DNA of 64,000 nucleotides from Pavona decussata (Eukaryota): NCBI GenBank assembly GCA_977016875.1, contig CDRNST010000215.1, positions 2,480,001 to 2,544,000 of the forward strand, read 5' to 3'. Shown piece by piece: positions 22,814 to 35,056 of this stretch (position 1 is its first letter; each line of letters starts with the position of its first letter). The notes under the pieces were generated by a model. It saw only the letters and a program-made list of their open reading frames with translations, ran no database searches and was not told where the DNA came from. The position numbers and the translations under genes were made by a program.

Positions 22814-25800
22814 ATGGCGGGTTCTCCTGCAATCTCGATGTATCGTCTTCCGACATATTATGACGATGTGGCTGTCCCACTACCTAATTGCATGTACAAC
22901 TTACCGAGTTACGTCCAGAGTAATTCAGAGATCGCGGTGAGTTTTTAATTTTACTTTTTTGTCATAAAAGAAGTAATTTGTTCACACTCACGTGTCCAGC
23001 AATTTTGTAGCGCTAATTTTGCAATTTTTTTTAACAAGGCTTTTGTTCAAGAAAAGTTAACCCTTGATAGCCGGACTATCTCAAGGAATTGTTTTTTTAC
23101 TGTTCACAGGAATCGTCTCAGAGCCTTCAAATTCTGGAAAGAAGGCAGGAAGATATTTTGACTGAACTCAATAGCCTTAAAGCTGCTGTGGAACAAATGG
23201 CCACCAGTCTGGGAGTTTCGCTTCCGCGTCACATGGCGAAAGTAAGTCGCATGTACTTGGATTTAATAGGTTTGATGTTTATTTAAGGAAGTATTTCGAG
23301 ATCCATTTTCTAGTTGCTGATACATGGAGAAGCATTGTAGGCACTGTTAAGCTTAATATTTATCAAATCAAAAAAAGTTGTTACTATATACACCACCCAC
23401 AAGGGAAGAGGCCACTATTCAACTGCAAGATATCTAGGAAAAGTGGAGCAATTTTACAAAACAGCGAAACCTCGGTTTAACGCAGTGCCAAGGGACTAGA
23501 GAAATTGGCTCGTTATATCGAGGGTTCGTTATATTGAGCTTTTGTTCCATATATTTTAAAAGGCCGAGCTGGAGAATATCATTTGTTATACCGAGGAGTC
23601 CGTTATATAGAGGTTCCACTGTACTAGTACTGCCAAGGGTTTCATTAAGATTTTGAACAGTTGGGCAAGAGGTTATTGCACCTGGGCAGGTTAGTTAACT
23701 TGGATATGGTCTTTTTATTGAAAACATTACTTGAGATGTTAAAATCAGCTGGGCCAATTTGGCCGGTGGCTGGCCCTTAATAAATCCCCTGCTACTGCTA
23801 CTCTGGATGTATTAGGTCTGTAGGATGTCCCGCAATCCCACATACAGTGGATGATGAATAAGAATATTAATAACATGAACACTGTATCACTTAGTGGTCT
23901 GCAGGTTCTGGATCAGGTTCCACTCAGACTACTAGTTGGAGTTGTTTGGAAAGATTTTGTTTCTGAGAAGTCCATTTCATTATTCCTGAAAAGCCCCTGA
24001 CAGAGAGAGGATAACAATTCTCGGTTTTCACGTGACGTCACCAAATTCTAGAATTCAAAACTGGGAGGCCTACAAAATTTTTACCTTCATTCAAGGAAAG
24101 ATTACCTAAAAATATGTCTGTTCACAATTTCTTAGCTCGATGTCGTGCATCCTTTTAAAAATAGAACAGTTTCAATTTCCGAGTTTCCATCGTGCGTGAC
24201 ATAAGGAGGACGGCCATGACACCCAGGGTGGTACTCGGGTATATTAGTGACGGGGAGGTGCGAATGAGGCCAAATTTTGAAACCCAAAAAAAAGTCCCGT
24301 CACGCTAAGGAAAACCCAAAAAAAGTCCAGCAGCCAAAAACGTAACCCAAAAAAAGTCCAAATTTTTTAAGCATCAAAAACAATAAAAGTACAAAACACC
24401 AAGAGAATGCGATATATTTCATGCATCCGACTTTATTCATTCCTCATGCATCTGTCACAAAACTTTAGGGAGACTGCAGTCATTTTCGTTCAGGAAAACC
24501 AAAAACGGGAACATCTTAATAATAACTTAACAAGAGTTGTCTTTGTCTTGTCATTTTATTTGCATGATTTAAACTTGTTAGTGAAATCGTTTTGCGTAAA
24601 ATCAAGAATGGTAAGGCACGATTTTCATCAACCCCAAAAAAAGTCCTCGCCAAAATCTTAAGGGCAAAAAAAGTCCACCAGAAAATTTCAAACCCAAAAA
24701 AAGTCCCAAGCCGAGAATTTCAAACCCAAAAAAGGTCTTCGCACGTCCCCATCACTAATATACCCGAGTACCCCCCCTGGGCCGTGACAGAGCTTTTCCG
24801 TATCTTAAAAATGACTCTTCGGGTGATTTTCAGCATTCTAAACAATTTAAGTTTCAGGAGAAATATTAATCTAAACATTCGAAAATTCACAAGGGCAAAC
24901 AAACCTCTTTTTTTTCTTTCTTTCAATCTTTTCTTTCCTTTAAACAACCCATAAAATAGACGATTATACTTGAATAATTTGAAGGTTCTCCTTTAACAAA
25001 AAAAATATAAATGAATAATAATCATAACAATAATAATAATAATAATAATAATTAACCCTATATTTCTTGGTCCTTTAGTTTCTTTTTCCTTGATGTTCCA
25101 CTTTTGGTGTAATTTTTTTTTCTTACTCTTATTAAGTAGTAGCGTATCTGTTAGTGCTGTTTCTCTTAGTTTTGTCTTTATTAGTAGTGTAACGTTTAGT
25201 AGAACTGTTTTGAAAAAGGTACATGTAAACTGTCAGATATTACCTAAAGTACTGTAATTCTTTGTAATTAATCTAACTAAATAGTTCCTAACATAGTCTT
25301 CTATTGGCATGTCAATATTGTACTGTATTGTAAGTATTGTAAATGTAAGGAAAGTATTGTATAATAAAATTATTAAAAAAAAAAAAAAAAAAAACCTCTT
25401 TTCTGGCAAAAGTGAACTCCAGATGTTTTTTCGTATTTCCGGCCGCCATGTTTGTGCCCCTCAGAGGGACACAAACCTGGCATCTCCATACTAAGCTCTA
25501 TAAATTTATGTGGAACATTTTGTCAAATAACTCGAGTACGGAATGCCGCACAGATCTGACACTTGGACAGTTGCCTTATTTATTTATCCTCTATACCATG
25601 TCAATTTCTTGACTTCATTCATGGAATGGTTTCGATTTTTTTTTTCAATGGCGTGACAGTGAAAACCGAGAATAATGTTAATGGCCTTAGCTCCAATGAG
25701 TCTCCTGCAGCTCAGTGGTAGAACATCCGAACTAGTAATCTGAAGGTCTTAGGTTCGACTCCTGATAGGAGCACTCAGATTTCTTTTTTCTGAGTATGCC

Positions 25801-27377
25801 TGTGTCACTTTCTTGAATAATACATCATTCTCAATGTTAATGTTATCATTTTAGTATTATTTAATTTTATTGTTTGTTACTGTTAATCATGTAATACATT
25901 GGCCTTTTTTTAGACAACTCCAAGTACCCAGGACCTTGTTATATCAGCTTCACCAACAGATCCACCACTGATTATCTGCACATTACAGCATGTCATGAAA
26001 CAGAGAGGTTTACTGCATTCTACATCAAGCTTTGTTCACTCATCAGTTCAAGGACCCATCCCTGAACATGTTAGAACATGTTTCCAGAATTTCTCTGGTT
26101 CAACAAAAGAGATAGGAAGAGCACCAATCATTTTAACAATAGTCTGGAAAAAGGGTAAATATATAATATTCATTCAATGTAAAATCCAACAGAAGAATCC
26201 ACAATTCTATGGGGATTTATGCAGTAGTAAGGAGTAGTAACAAGCTGCCAAATTATTAAAGTCTAAGCTCCTTCCCTCCATTATTTTGTATAGAGACCAG
26301 TTTCAGACCAGGAAGTAGGAGTAAATGTAAAAGTTAAGAAACAATGAAATGTTTGTCTAATTGCCATGAGCTTGTGACAAAGAAATCATCTGAGCCCCTG
26401 TAGAGAACTGAACTCATGACCTTCTGTGCACCAGTGAGCGTCTAGGAGACGTAATTGATGTGTGAATGACTTAGGTGTCCAACTATAGGTATCCAATTTG
26501 AAGTTCAAATTAGATATCTGTAATTGGACGCCCATGTGATCATGCTCCAATTACAGAACAAATAAGAACATGGGGAACCAATCAGAAATGAGAATTTTGT
26601 TATTGATATGATTAACAATGTTACAGAAAATCCTCCTTCACACAAAGTGGCTGAAAAAGACTTCCACTGAAGATAATTTTCTGCAACCAAGCTCTTAAAA
26701 AATGTTAAACAAACAATAGACTATTTTACAGTTGGGTGCTTAGTGCCTTTGAGTAGAAGCAAGGCAGGGTTTGGCTCTGATTTGTTACAAGCTTGGGTGT
26801 TTTTTCATGTGTAAGTTATGGGGACTAGTTAGCATGAGAACAACATGATTTTCATATGAAAAGCAGTGAGATTTGTATCAAAACACTCAACTCAAAGGTA
26901 AAGTCATTGAGCGCTGGACTGTAAAATGACGTGTTGCTGAAAGTGTTGGAAAGTGGCATTGGTGTGCATTTGTTGGAAAGTGGCAATTGAGTTGACTTAG
27001 TTTTTTCCATTCCAGAAAAAGATCTTCCGTATCTGGTGGCATCACCCTGCTCTCACTCTCCACTTACTGGTGAAGTAACCATAGCTCGTTTTCTCTGTCG
27101 TACCGTTCTACCAGACTTATATGGTAATTTGACGCCTGAAGAGTCCGCATTAGTTGACAGCTGGATCGACCAGTCGCTTGCTGGCAGTAAAGAGAGGGCT
27201 GCAGCTATAAAAAGCCTTGACGCGAAGCTTGGAAAGCAGCAGTGGATTCTTGGTGGTAAAATGAGCCTTGCTGATGTTGTGCTTGCTTCGTGTATTGTGA
27301 AGGAGAGTGGTGGCAAATCTGTACCTGGCAATGTAAACAAGTGGCTAAGGAGAATTCCTGGACTATTTACCAGTTAG
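22814..27377 (+). CDS. AIMP2: Aminoacyl-tRNA synthetase complex-interacting multifunctional protein 2 (p38/JTV-1), about 285 aa
   Basis: Exons 22814-22936, 23110-23241, 25914-26154, 27016-27377. Motifs LPNCMYNLP, SLQILERRQEDILTELNSLKAAV (leucine zipper), DLVISASPTDPPL, GEVTIARFL, GST-like C-terminus SLADVVL match the AIMP2 family. Confidence 0.93.
23460..23623. mobile_element. Tc1/mariner (pogo/Tigger-like) MITE
   Basis: ACAGCGAAACCTCGGTTTAACG and CGTTATATAGAGGTTCCACTGTA. Confidence 0.6.
24222..24781. mobile_element. MITE, CCCAGGG..TACTC family, 8-bp TSD, AACCCAAAAAAAGTCC subterminal repeats
   Basis: TIR CCCAGGGTGGTACTCGGGTATATTAGTGA and TCACTAATATACCCGAGTACCCCCCCTGGG; TSD CCATGACA/CCGTGACA. 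Confidence 0.85.
24912..25391 (+). mobile_element. Poly(A)-tailed non-LTR retroposed 3' fragment
   Basis: AATAAA then an A-run at 25375-25394; flanking direct repeat AAACCTCTTTT at 24901 and 25392. Confidence 0.55.
25682..25832 (+). mobile_element. tRNA-derived SINE
   Basis: A-box GCAGCTCAGTGG, B-box GGTTCGACTCC, non-tRNA tail; near-identical inverted copy at 32487-32634. Confidence 0.8.
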
Positions 27378-27734
27378 ATGATGTCTGAGTCTACTATCTG
27401 GACTGCTATTAATATTGAGCTTTGAGTAAAGCATTCTTTTTAGACCAATTGAATTAATTAATAGTATAGCACTTTGGTGGAGAGTAGAGAGGCTGGATTG
27501 GGGGACAAAAGCAACAGCCTCCACCCTTCACTAAAGTACTATACCATTTAATTTAATGGTATATTAATTTTATAATGTTATAGTACTTTGGTAGAGAGTG
27601 GTGAGGCAGGACTGGAGGACAGCAGAGATGATTTACTGAATGAAGATTCACAAATGGTACAGGACTTCAACTGACAGTGGAGAGTCTGGACTGGGGGGAC
27701 AACAGCCTCCACTCTCCACTAAAGTACTATGCCA

Positions 27735-28184
27735 CAGTATTCGACACTAACTTTCCTTATTTTTTCTTGCCTAGCGTATTTTTTGGTTGCCCAAGAAATC
27801 GCCGGCAAGCGTAAATTTGGCCACTTGGAGCCTGGGTGCGGTAAATTTACCAACATTCTTTGCGGGTTAAAAAAACATGGTGGCCACGATTTTGTGCACA
27901 GTGTTTCGTGCTCGTTTCGTTGTATCTTGTTCAAACTAATATGTATCTTTTTTCGATCTACGGCTAACGGGTATGAAAATATCCCAAGGTAGGTACCCAT
28001 ATTAACACAATAAATCAATTGACGGCAAAGAGTTTTCAATTCGCTTTATTTCCTGCTGGACACACTGTGGACAGGAGCAAAACATCTGCATGCCCGATCG
28101 GGCAACTTTTACCGTAGTTTTACTTGCCCATTGAATCATTTTACTTGCCCCAGGCAATCGGGCAAGCGTCAGTGTCGAACACTG
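27735..28184. mobile_element. Non-autonomous CAG...CTG transposon with 5-bp TSD (hAT5-like)
   Basis: CAGTATTCGACACT and AGTGTCGAACACTG; TSD TGCCA. Confidence 0.8.
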
Positions 28185-30896
28185 TGCCATTAAGGTATTG
28201 ATATTTTTCTTAAGAAAATGTTGCCAGACTATGGAAAAATAAAAGAAGCAGTTCTAGTGTTTGTTAGGAACCAGTACACAACACGGCACGCAGCTACGAG
28301 ATTGGAGAGAGCACATGCGTCATCATTAAAACAGTAAAACACGTCAAAAATTAATGTTTAAATGTCTGCAGCTTGAAGAGTTACACCGATCTGGCACACA
28401 AAGAACAGAGGACTGAAAATTAAACTGTAATAAAAGGTACACACTTATAGCCCATTTTCAAACTAATTACAACCGTGCAATTGGCTTCTTATGCTGATCT
28501 TTCGGTTATGGGGCTAGATTGGCTTTCGGTCATGTGGTTTGTTCATTTTGGCTGGCATCCATGTGGTATTTGTTTGATTATTCAGTTAATCTTTCAATGG
28601 CCTTAATGGTTTCGCCCTTATGTTCACTCCTTTTTCCGTCTGTCTGTCCCTTCCCATATATCCGTATGGTTCAGTCATCTTCACTAGTGCTACTAGTGAT
28701 GGGTTTTTTTTTTTACAAATAAATTTGCTCTCTATATGGGCTTAATCTTAAAATTTAAAAGCTATAGTAAAACATCAGAAGTCCGTTAAAATGTTTGGCT
28801 TCTGAGTTCCCCCTCCCCCCCCCCCCCCCCCCAAACCTATTTTTGGAGTTTACAATGGTGTTCAATGAAGAGGTGTGACTATTGTTTTAAAACCAGCGCT
28901 TGGTCGAAATGGGTTGCTTCTAGTTTCATTTTTTATTATTATTGGTTATTTTGGCAGTCATCTACGTGCATGTGTGTTCAGGCTATTAAGAATTACATGT
29001 GTAGGCACCAAATTTGGGAGTTAGTCGGTTAGTGGAAACTAAAAATGATGAAAGACTGTACAGCTTAGCTGGAAAAGTTGACTGATGTTGGATAGTTAGA
29101 AATATTCTGTGAGAATAGCTGTGAACCTCATTGTGAAAGCGAGGCTAAGTGCAAAGTTTTTGTTATGAAAATTAGTTTTCATTCATATGCAAACAAAACT
29201 AATTTTCATACGAAAAGCATTTGCACTTAGCGTCGCTTTCATAATGAGTACACAGCAACTCGGAAATGGGTGATTCCTTGTCATCATTTTATGTATTCTT
29301 ATTCCGGGAAAGGGTCAATCGATCACGACAGACGACAGAAATGACCACGTGACCATGTTTAGCCTACATTTGCGCTCGCTGTTTCCAGTTTCTCAGTAAA
29401 GATACGTTGGTTTGCGTTAGTATCAAAGGCAATTATTTTGCACTTTTCTAATTTATCTACTCATTTTTTTTTTCTGGAAAACATAAACGCGAATCTCGCG
29501 TTTTCCGTTTGCGGTAAACGCGATTCTAAAACTCTCTAATAGTAATCACACCCCGATGTATTCGTAAATTTACACGTCATGTACGAAGTTCAGATATCTT
29601 CGGCCCTTTCTTGTAACGAAAGGATCACTAAAGTCTCCAACAGGGCCCACTGGCCTCTCGTAAGCCAATTTCCATCGCAAATCATGAGACATAAGGTAGA
29701 AAACTTCAACAAACAAAACAACCCACACTCGTTCGTTTATGAGGCATATAACTGTTATCCTACGTGGTCTAGTCCTCACAAAAATGGTAAAATATCATGT
29801 CAGATCAACGACGACAATGACGGCGATGCTAATAAAACCCTTTTGTCAACATTACGAAATATGCAGCCCATCAAAAGATCCTTGAGTGGTAGAAAGCTGA
29901 CACTGAAACTTGAGGACACATCACCTGAGGGGGGTGATGTGGAGGTGGATCAAGTGCACCTGTGCTCTCTGTGCTCAGCTGATTCTTCCCCCAAACTCCT
30001 ACCCTGAGCCAGGCAAGACACATGCTAGTGCAGGGAAAATTTTTTTTTTTGAAGTAATAAAGTCTCTCTAGTCGCCTTTTTCTTCTCGTTATTCTTTGAA
30101 GTGTAAGAAACCATGTGTCAAATGTTCCTCGTTTGTTAAATAACTTACCTCACAATGGAGGGCCGTTAAGTCATGTTTCCGGCAAACAGCAAACATGAGA
30201 TTCGGTGCGTCAATGTTTTCTTCAAGAAATTAGTACATAGATGAGAATGGGGCGAAATAATTCTGGTCTTTGATGTTAATGTAAAACTATTAAATTTTGC
30301 TGAGTAACCTCAAACAGCCAGAGCGAGCGGCAAATACAGGATAAACTTGGTCACGTGGTCATTTTTACAGTTAGCCATTTGCCGTAGGCGTAATTCTAAA
30401 TCTTTCTATAATATTATCACCAATTCCAAGAAGACAATAGAACGTGCATGTCGTGACTGAAAACTCAAAGGGCCAATAGATTCCAAGCACGCTAATCCGA
30501 AGTTTAAACTCCAAAGACATATTTTTAACGCTATGTACCCCCGGCCTAGCGTAACCTAGCAACAGCATTCTCAAAAATCGCCAGGCTCAGTAACTAGCGA
30601 AAAGTCATTTTTTTTAGTTGGAAATTTATCAACATTTCCGTTTGTAAAACTTCGGTTTATTTTCGGGAAAGAGAGATTTTAGTGTTTATTGTTAATTTTG
30701 GCAATATTTATTCATTGTTGCAGCTTCCTTTAGTATGTCAACAAATTTTGTAAGATGCGACAGTACATTTGACATTATTTCCGCCTGACAACAAATATCT
30801 TTTACTACCACACTAACAGTAATTAAAACGTCGTTTGTTCAAGAGGCACATCAGTTCGCTGTTAACTTGATACAGTACTACACTTAACGCATCAAT

Positions 30897-32936
30897 ATGA
30901 GACACGCTGCCACCATTAGCATGTTGCTTCTTTTTTCGTCTTGTCTTACCATTGATGGTAAGCGAAGTTTTTTGTTTAAAGTTGTTTATTAGATTTTAAC
31001 AAACGTATTCTTCTTTAAATCAAATGCATACATGTAAGGCAGCTTATTCACTTCGAAAATTCAAGCGTTAGTCATCATGAGAAACTACAAAAAACGAAAC
31101 CACACAAATTTTAGTTTCAAATTATAAGATCAAGAAGTATTGAATAACTTTATACGTTGTATCTGAATGTCCTTGACGTTAAGTTTCTTTCTGAGCCGGA
31201 GCTTTTCGTGGTTAACGACAACTTGGTGATCTAGTTACGGAGCAAAGGCAAACATTACACTTCAGAGTCCCAAAGGCCTTGACGCGGAGACTTGATCTCT
31301 GTCACTCTTGGCTCATTTGGTCTCTTGAAACAAGAGGTTTTCTCTCAAGAAATGATAATCCACGGGTGATAATCATTTGTCACGGTTTATCAAAAAACAA
31401 CTGAAATTTCCTAAACTGGTTAGATGGAATTGACAATGAGTGAAAACCTAGTTTGGTTCCTTAAATACTTGTTAATTAAAACCAACAGAGCATGATGTAC
31501 AACATCATATCATGATCAAGGTTTCCATAGGGTGGTGGCTCATATCATGGCTTTGTTCACGTGGTAATACATCCTCGATCCCAGAGCTTTTTCTCTCAAT
31601 TTACAAGAGCAAACCCTAACAACGACATGGCAAGCGAGAGAGAAGATTATTGATCCTTTTACCTCCCTCCCCCCCCCCCCCGCCCCCTTCGCTAATTAAA
31701 GCTATGACAATGACACTTAGAGCATAAATAGTACGCCCAAAGATTTTTCATCTAAGCCGTCCGCAATGAGAAGTGTTGTCATATGACGTGATAATTAGGT
31801 CATAAATTGCCAAAATGCGGCCATCTTGGATCCGCCATTTAGATTTCTGGATTTCTCCAAATCTATAGTAAAGTTAAAGCGCCAAAATTGAACAAAAAGT
31901 AACCAAAACCAGTAACCGAACACTAATATTAGCTAAAAACTTATAAGTTACTGTAAGAAAAGCAAGTACTGTAGTAAAGTCGCCAATTCTTAGGCGTTTG
32001 CGCATATATTAGAAAGAGAGGTATTCAGGTTCAAAGTAGCAGCGAAAAGAAGCTACCCCCTCCCCCTCCCCCCTCCACACACACCCAAGTCTAGATCGTA
32101 AGCGAATCATCAATCCGAGCAAAAAAGATTGTAATACTGCACAGCGTAGTTAATAAAGGTGAATTCAAAATATTATAAAATTAACGCTGTTTAAAATATC
32201 TTACAGCGTTAATTTTATAATCAACCCCAGCACTCGAGAGAACCTTTTTTGTGTGTGATTTTATAAACTTAAGATTCGATAAATCTAATATTCATTCAGT
32301 CGTTGGAACGTAAATTAAAACTTGAAAATGTTACAAACATTTGTACGAAATGAATGACAGTCATGTTAACGTTTGCACACTTATAATCAGTTTTAGACCG
32401 TGATGTCTAGAATAGGCGGCAGGTGCACTGGATTGATTCTCTTTCATACTTATGGGGCCTGTTAATTGTTGAATGCATTCCTTTCTTGAGAATGATGTAT
32501 TATTCAAAGTGGCACAGGCATACTCGGAAAAAGGAAATCCCGTGCTCCTACCAGGAGTCGAACCTAAGACCTTCTGATTACTAGTTCAGATGCTCTACCA
32601 CTGAGCTACAGGAGACTCGTGGGAGCTAGGGCCAGATTGAACTATTTTTTTCCGGTCGTTTAAGCGTCGTGGTCCAAAGTGCCAGTATACAAGTTTATTA
32701 GCGGCACCAGCCTGGGTTCAGAAACCACTTACTTTGGTAGCCTGGCAAGCGCAAAGCCCCAGTGCCAAAAGAGATGCGAAGAACTACCACAATGCAAGGC
32801 ATTTCGTCTGTACGAGTTTGTTGGTACAGTTTACTGCACTCTGTTTAAACAAATCAGTGATTACTCGTGTCCAACAGATAGCACGGATTGGGGATGCTTG
32901 TTCGCTGAGGGCGAGTCGTGGGCGAAGAGCGAGTGA
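30897..32936 (+). CDS. Small secreted cysteine-rich protein with one PAN/apple-like domain (about 110 aa)
   Basis: Exon 1 30897-30957 encodes signal-peptide-like MRHAATISMLLLFSSCLTID with donor GTAAGC (phase 1). Exon 2 32665-32936 joins in frame: ASWSKVPVYKF...CQKRCEELPQCKAF...YCTLF...C..C. C-x3-C-x5-C(KAF)...C-x-L is the PAN/apple signature. Confidence 0.72.
32487..32634 (-). mobile_element. tRNA-derived SINE (same family as 25682-25832)
   Basis: Reverse complement contains GTAGCTCAGTGG and GGTTCGACTCC plus the same tail. Confidence 0.8.
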
Positions 32937-34209
32937 AGCTGTAAAGGTGAGACGTCATGTTCGTGATGCGTGGCAACGGAACACGTCTACCATCCGAAAG
33001 CAGCGCTCGATTGTGACACGAATTAATAATGACGTCAAAAGCTGATTATTTTCGGTCCCATTCAATTGTTCAGAGCCAGTTGTCTCTTTCTTACGTACTT
33101 AACTTCTGCAAACCCAGTAAGGTTAAAGTTTAAGGCATTTCCGTATGAAACCCGCGCACTGCAAATTTTAAATTAAAAAACCTAAAAAGCTCAGTTTGAA
33201 AAGGAATGCAGTAGACTGGCAACCTGGGTCGACAGCGGTCGTGCATTCAATAATGGGATCGTTTGGGGGGGACACCATAAGAGTGCGCGCTGAGGTGCTG
33301 TGCACGAGTACGTGAACTTAATTCAGAGTACTCTCTTATAGGTTAACGTGTTTTGTACTAAAAGAGCTTTCGAAATAATGACTCGAAAGATTCCTTCCCA
33401 GAGCGGGGAGGAGAAGGAGAAAACCCTGGGAAAAAGTTTAAAATTTGCACGAGAAAACTAAAACTGAAGGTTTTAGTCAGTAGTTGTAGTGATGCCATCA
33501 TGAAAATGACCTATTGGGAAAAGACTAGGATAGTAATATCACTTGGGAGTTCCTTGGAGCAATTTGAAAAATCCCATCTTAACTCACTGACGTAAATTCC
33601 TCGCCGTATTTAAAGCATATTATACGTTCAATTTGTTGGCAAAACTTGACGTCAGTTTCATACTGGTCAGAGAGCGCACAAGAAATATGGACTTTTGTTG
33701 AAAGCGTATTACAGCGTTCCCGCCTTATGCTTCCATTTCTTACATCGAGTAGTACAAAGTTGATCATCGAAGAATAATCATTTCAAACTTTTATTTACAG
33801 ATAACAGATAGAACGAAAACCAGTTTTACTTTTTCTTTTCTACAAGAGTCAGCTTGTCAATTCTGTCTACCTGATTGATCAAAACTGCCCTGTCCAAGTG
33901 TTGATACCGTAGTCTACAAAAGTATACCTTGCTCTTTTCATGACTTAAATAAATTCCATACAAAAAAACTGTCCGAACTCTGTGTTATATTTTTATATTT
34001 GAGCTGTATAAATTTAACTTGGATATTTGGCGTCTTTTTCGTGATTCGGCCAACTCTGCGTTGCATTAGTATTATCATTAACAGTGGTCAGGAAATGGCT
34101 TCAGAATAAACCCATTCAGGAGCCCATGATTAGAAGCCTCTACCTGTATTAATTCCTTGCGTTAACCCCTTTCCCGAGTAGATTTGTTCAGGAAAGGGTT
34201 CATCCCAAT

Positions 34210-34649
34210 GCCCCATCCACGCTAATACATTTTCGTTTGAAAACGCCGCAAACTATTTGATACTTTTTCGCCCATCATCCACACTAAAACGCCCGAGAAT
34301 GCCGATGAAAACGGAGACTTTCGAAACGTTTTCAAAAGTTGAGACTATTGAAAACCCTTCGTTTCTAGTGTGAACAGGTGAAAGCTGAGACTTTTGAAAA
34401 CGGTGACGTAAAAAGCGTCACATGACATCGATTCCAGTCCACATCGGAGCATCTATCCAACATGGCGGATGGTCTTGTGATATTAACGCATGCGCAATCC
34501 CAGCTCCCAGACGTTTTTCTCGTTTTCGAGCGTTTTAGTGTGGATAGGTGAAAACGATATGAAAACGCTAGTGTGGATGAAAATATTTTGCCTCATTTTC
34601 GCCGAGATGAAAACGGACACTTTTGAAAATTCATTATCGTGGATGGGGC
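34210..34649. mobile_element. PIF/Harbinger-like MITE
   Basis: GCCCCATCCACG and CGTGGATGGGGC; many GAAAACG subrepeats. Confidence 0.75.
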
Positions 34650-35056
34650 CCAAGGCTTAGAATGAGACACAGAGGCTCCAGGCCACCTGTATTTGAAAGA
34701 AAAATGATCCTGTGATCAGAATTTTGATGTGGACAGGATATCAGAAGTATTGAACCACTTTGATGAATGAATTTCATCTGGCAGACGCAATGAATGTTTA
34801 TAGATAAGAGCTTTTCCTGGAGAAAGAAGGAAAACATAAGTTACCTTGTCACATTTACAGGCAACACTGTATTTCCAGGAAATTTTTTTGTGAGGAAATG
34901 AAAGGCAAGATGATGTTAGTTCACCATGACTGATCACGAATCACCTTATGGTGAACGGAAATGAGTTTAAAAGATTGTTACATCTACAAGCGAAGGAGAC
35001 CAATTCTAAAGCCATTTAAAAGGTCACCTACGAACAATTTTAATGCCCTAGCTACA

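Larger units (their letters stand above)
24017..25673. mobile_element. TIR element hosting two nested insertions (AIMP2 intron 2)
   Basis: TIRs ATTCTCGGTTTTCAC and GTGAAAACCGAGAAT. Confidence 0.75.

Noticed and set aside
24270-24740. CRISPR-like or coding repeat array (AACCCAAAAAAAGTCC)
   Set aside because: Irregular spacing inside a TIR/TSD-bounded MITE in eukaryotic DNA.
25700-25775. tRNA gene (also 32545-32620)
   Set aside because: A and B boxes are present, but both copies share non-tRNA flanks and lack a clean acceptor stem; called as SINEs.
29579-30007. 142-aa ORF
   Set aside because: No recognisable domain or splice context; flanked by repeat fragments.
33530-33730. Possible transposon-associated protein remnant (FKAYYTFNL ... 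IWTFVE in different frames)
   Set aside because: Too short and fragmented to support without a search.
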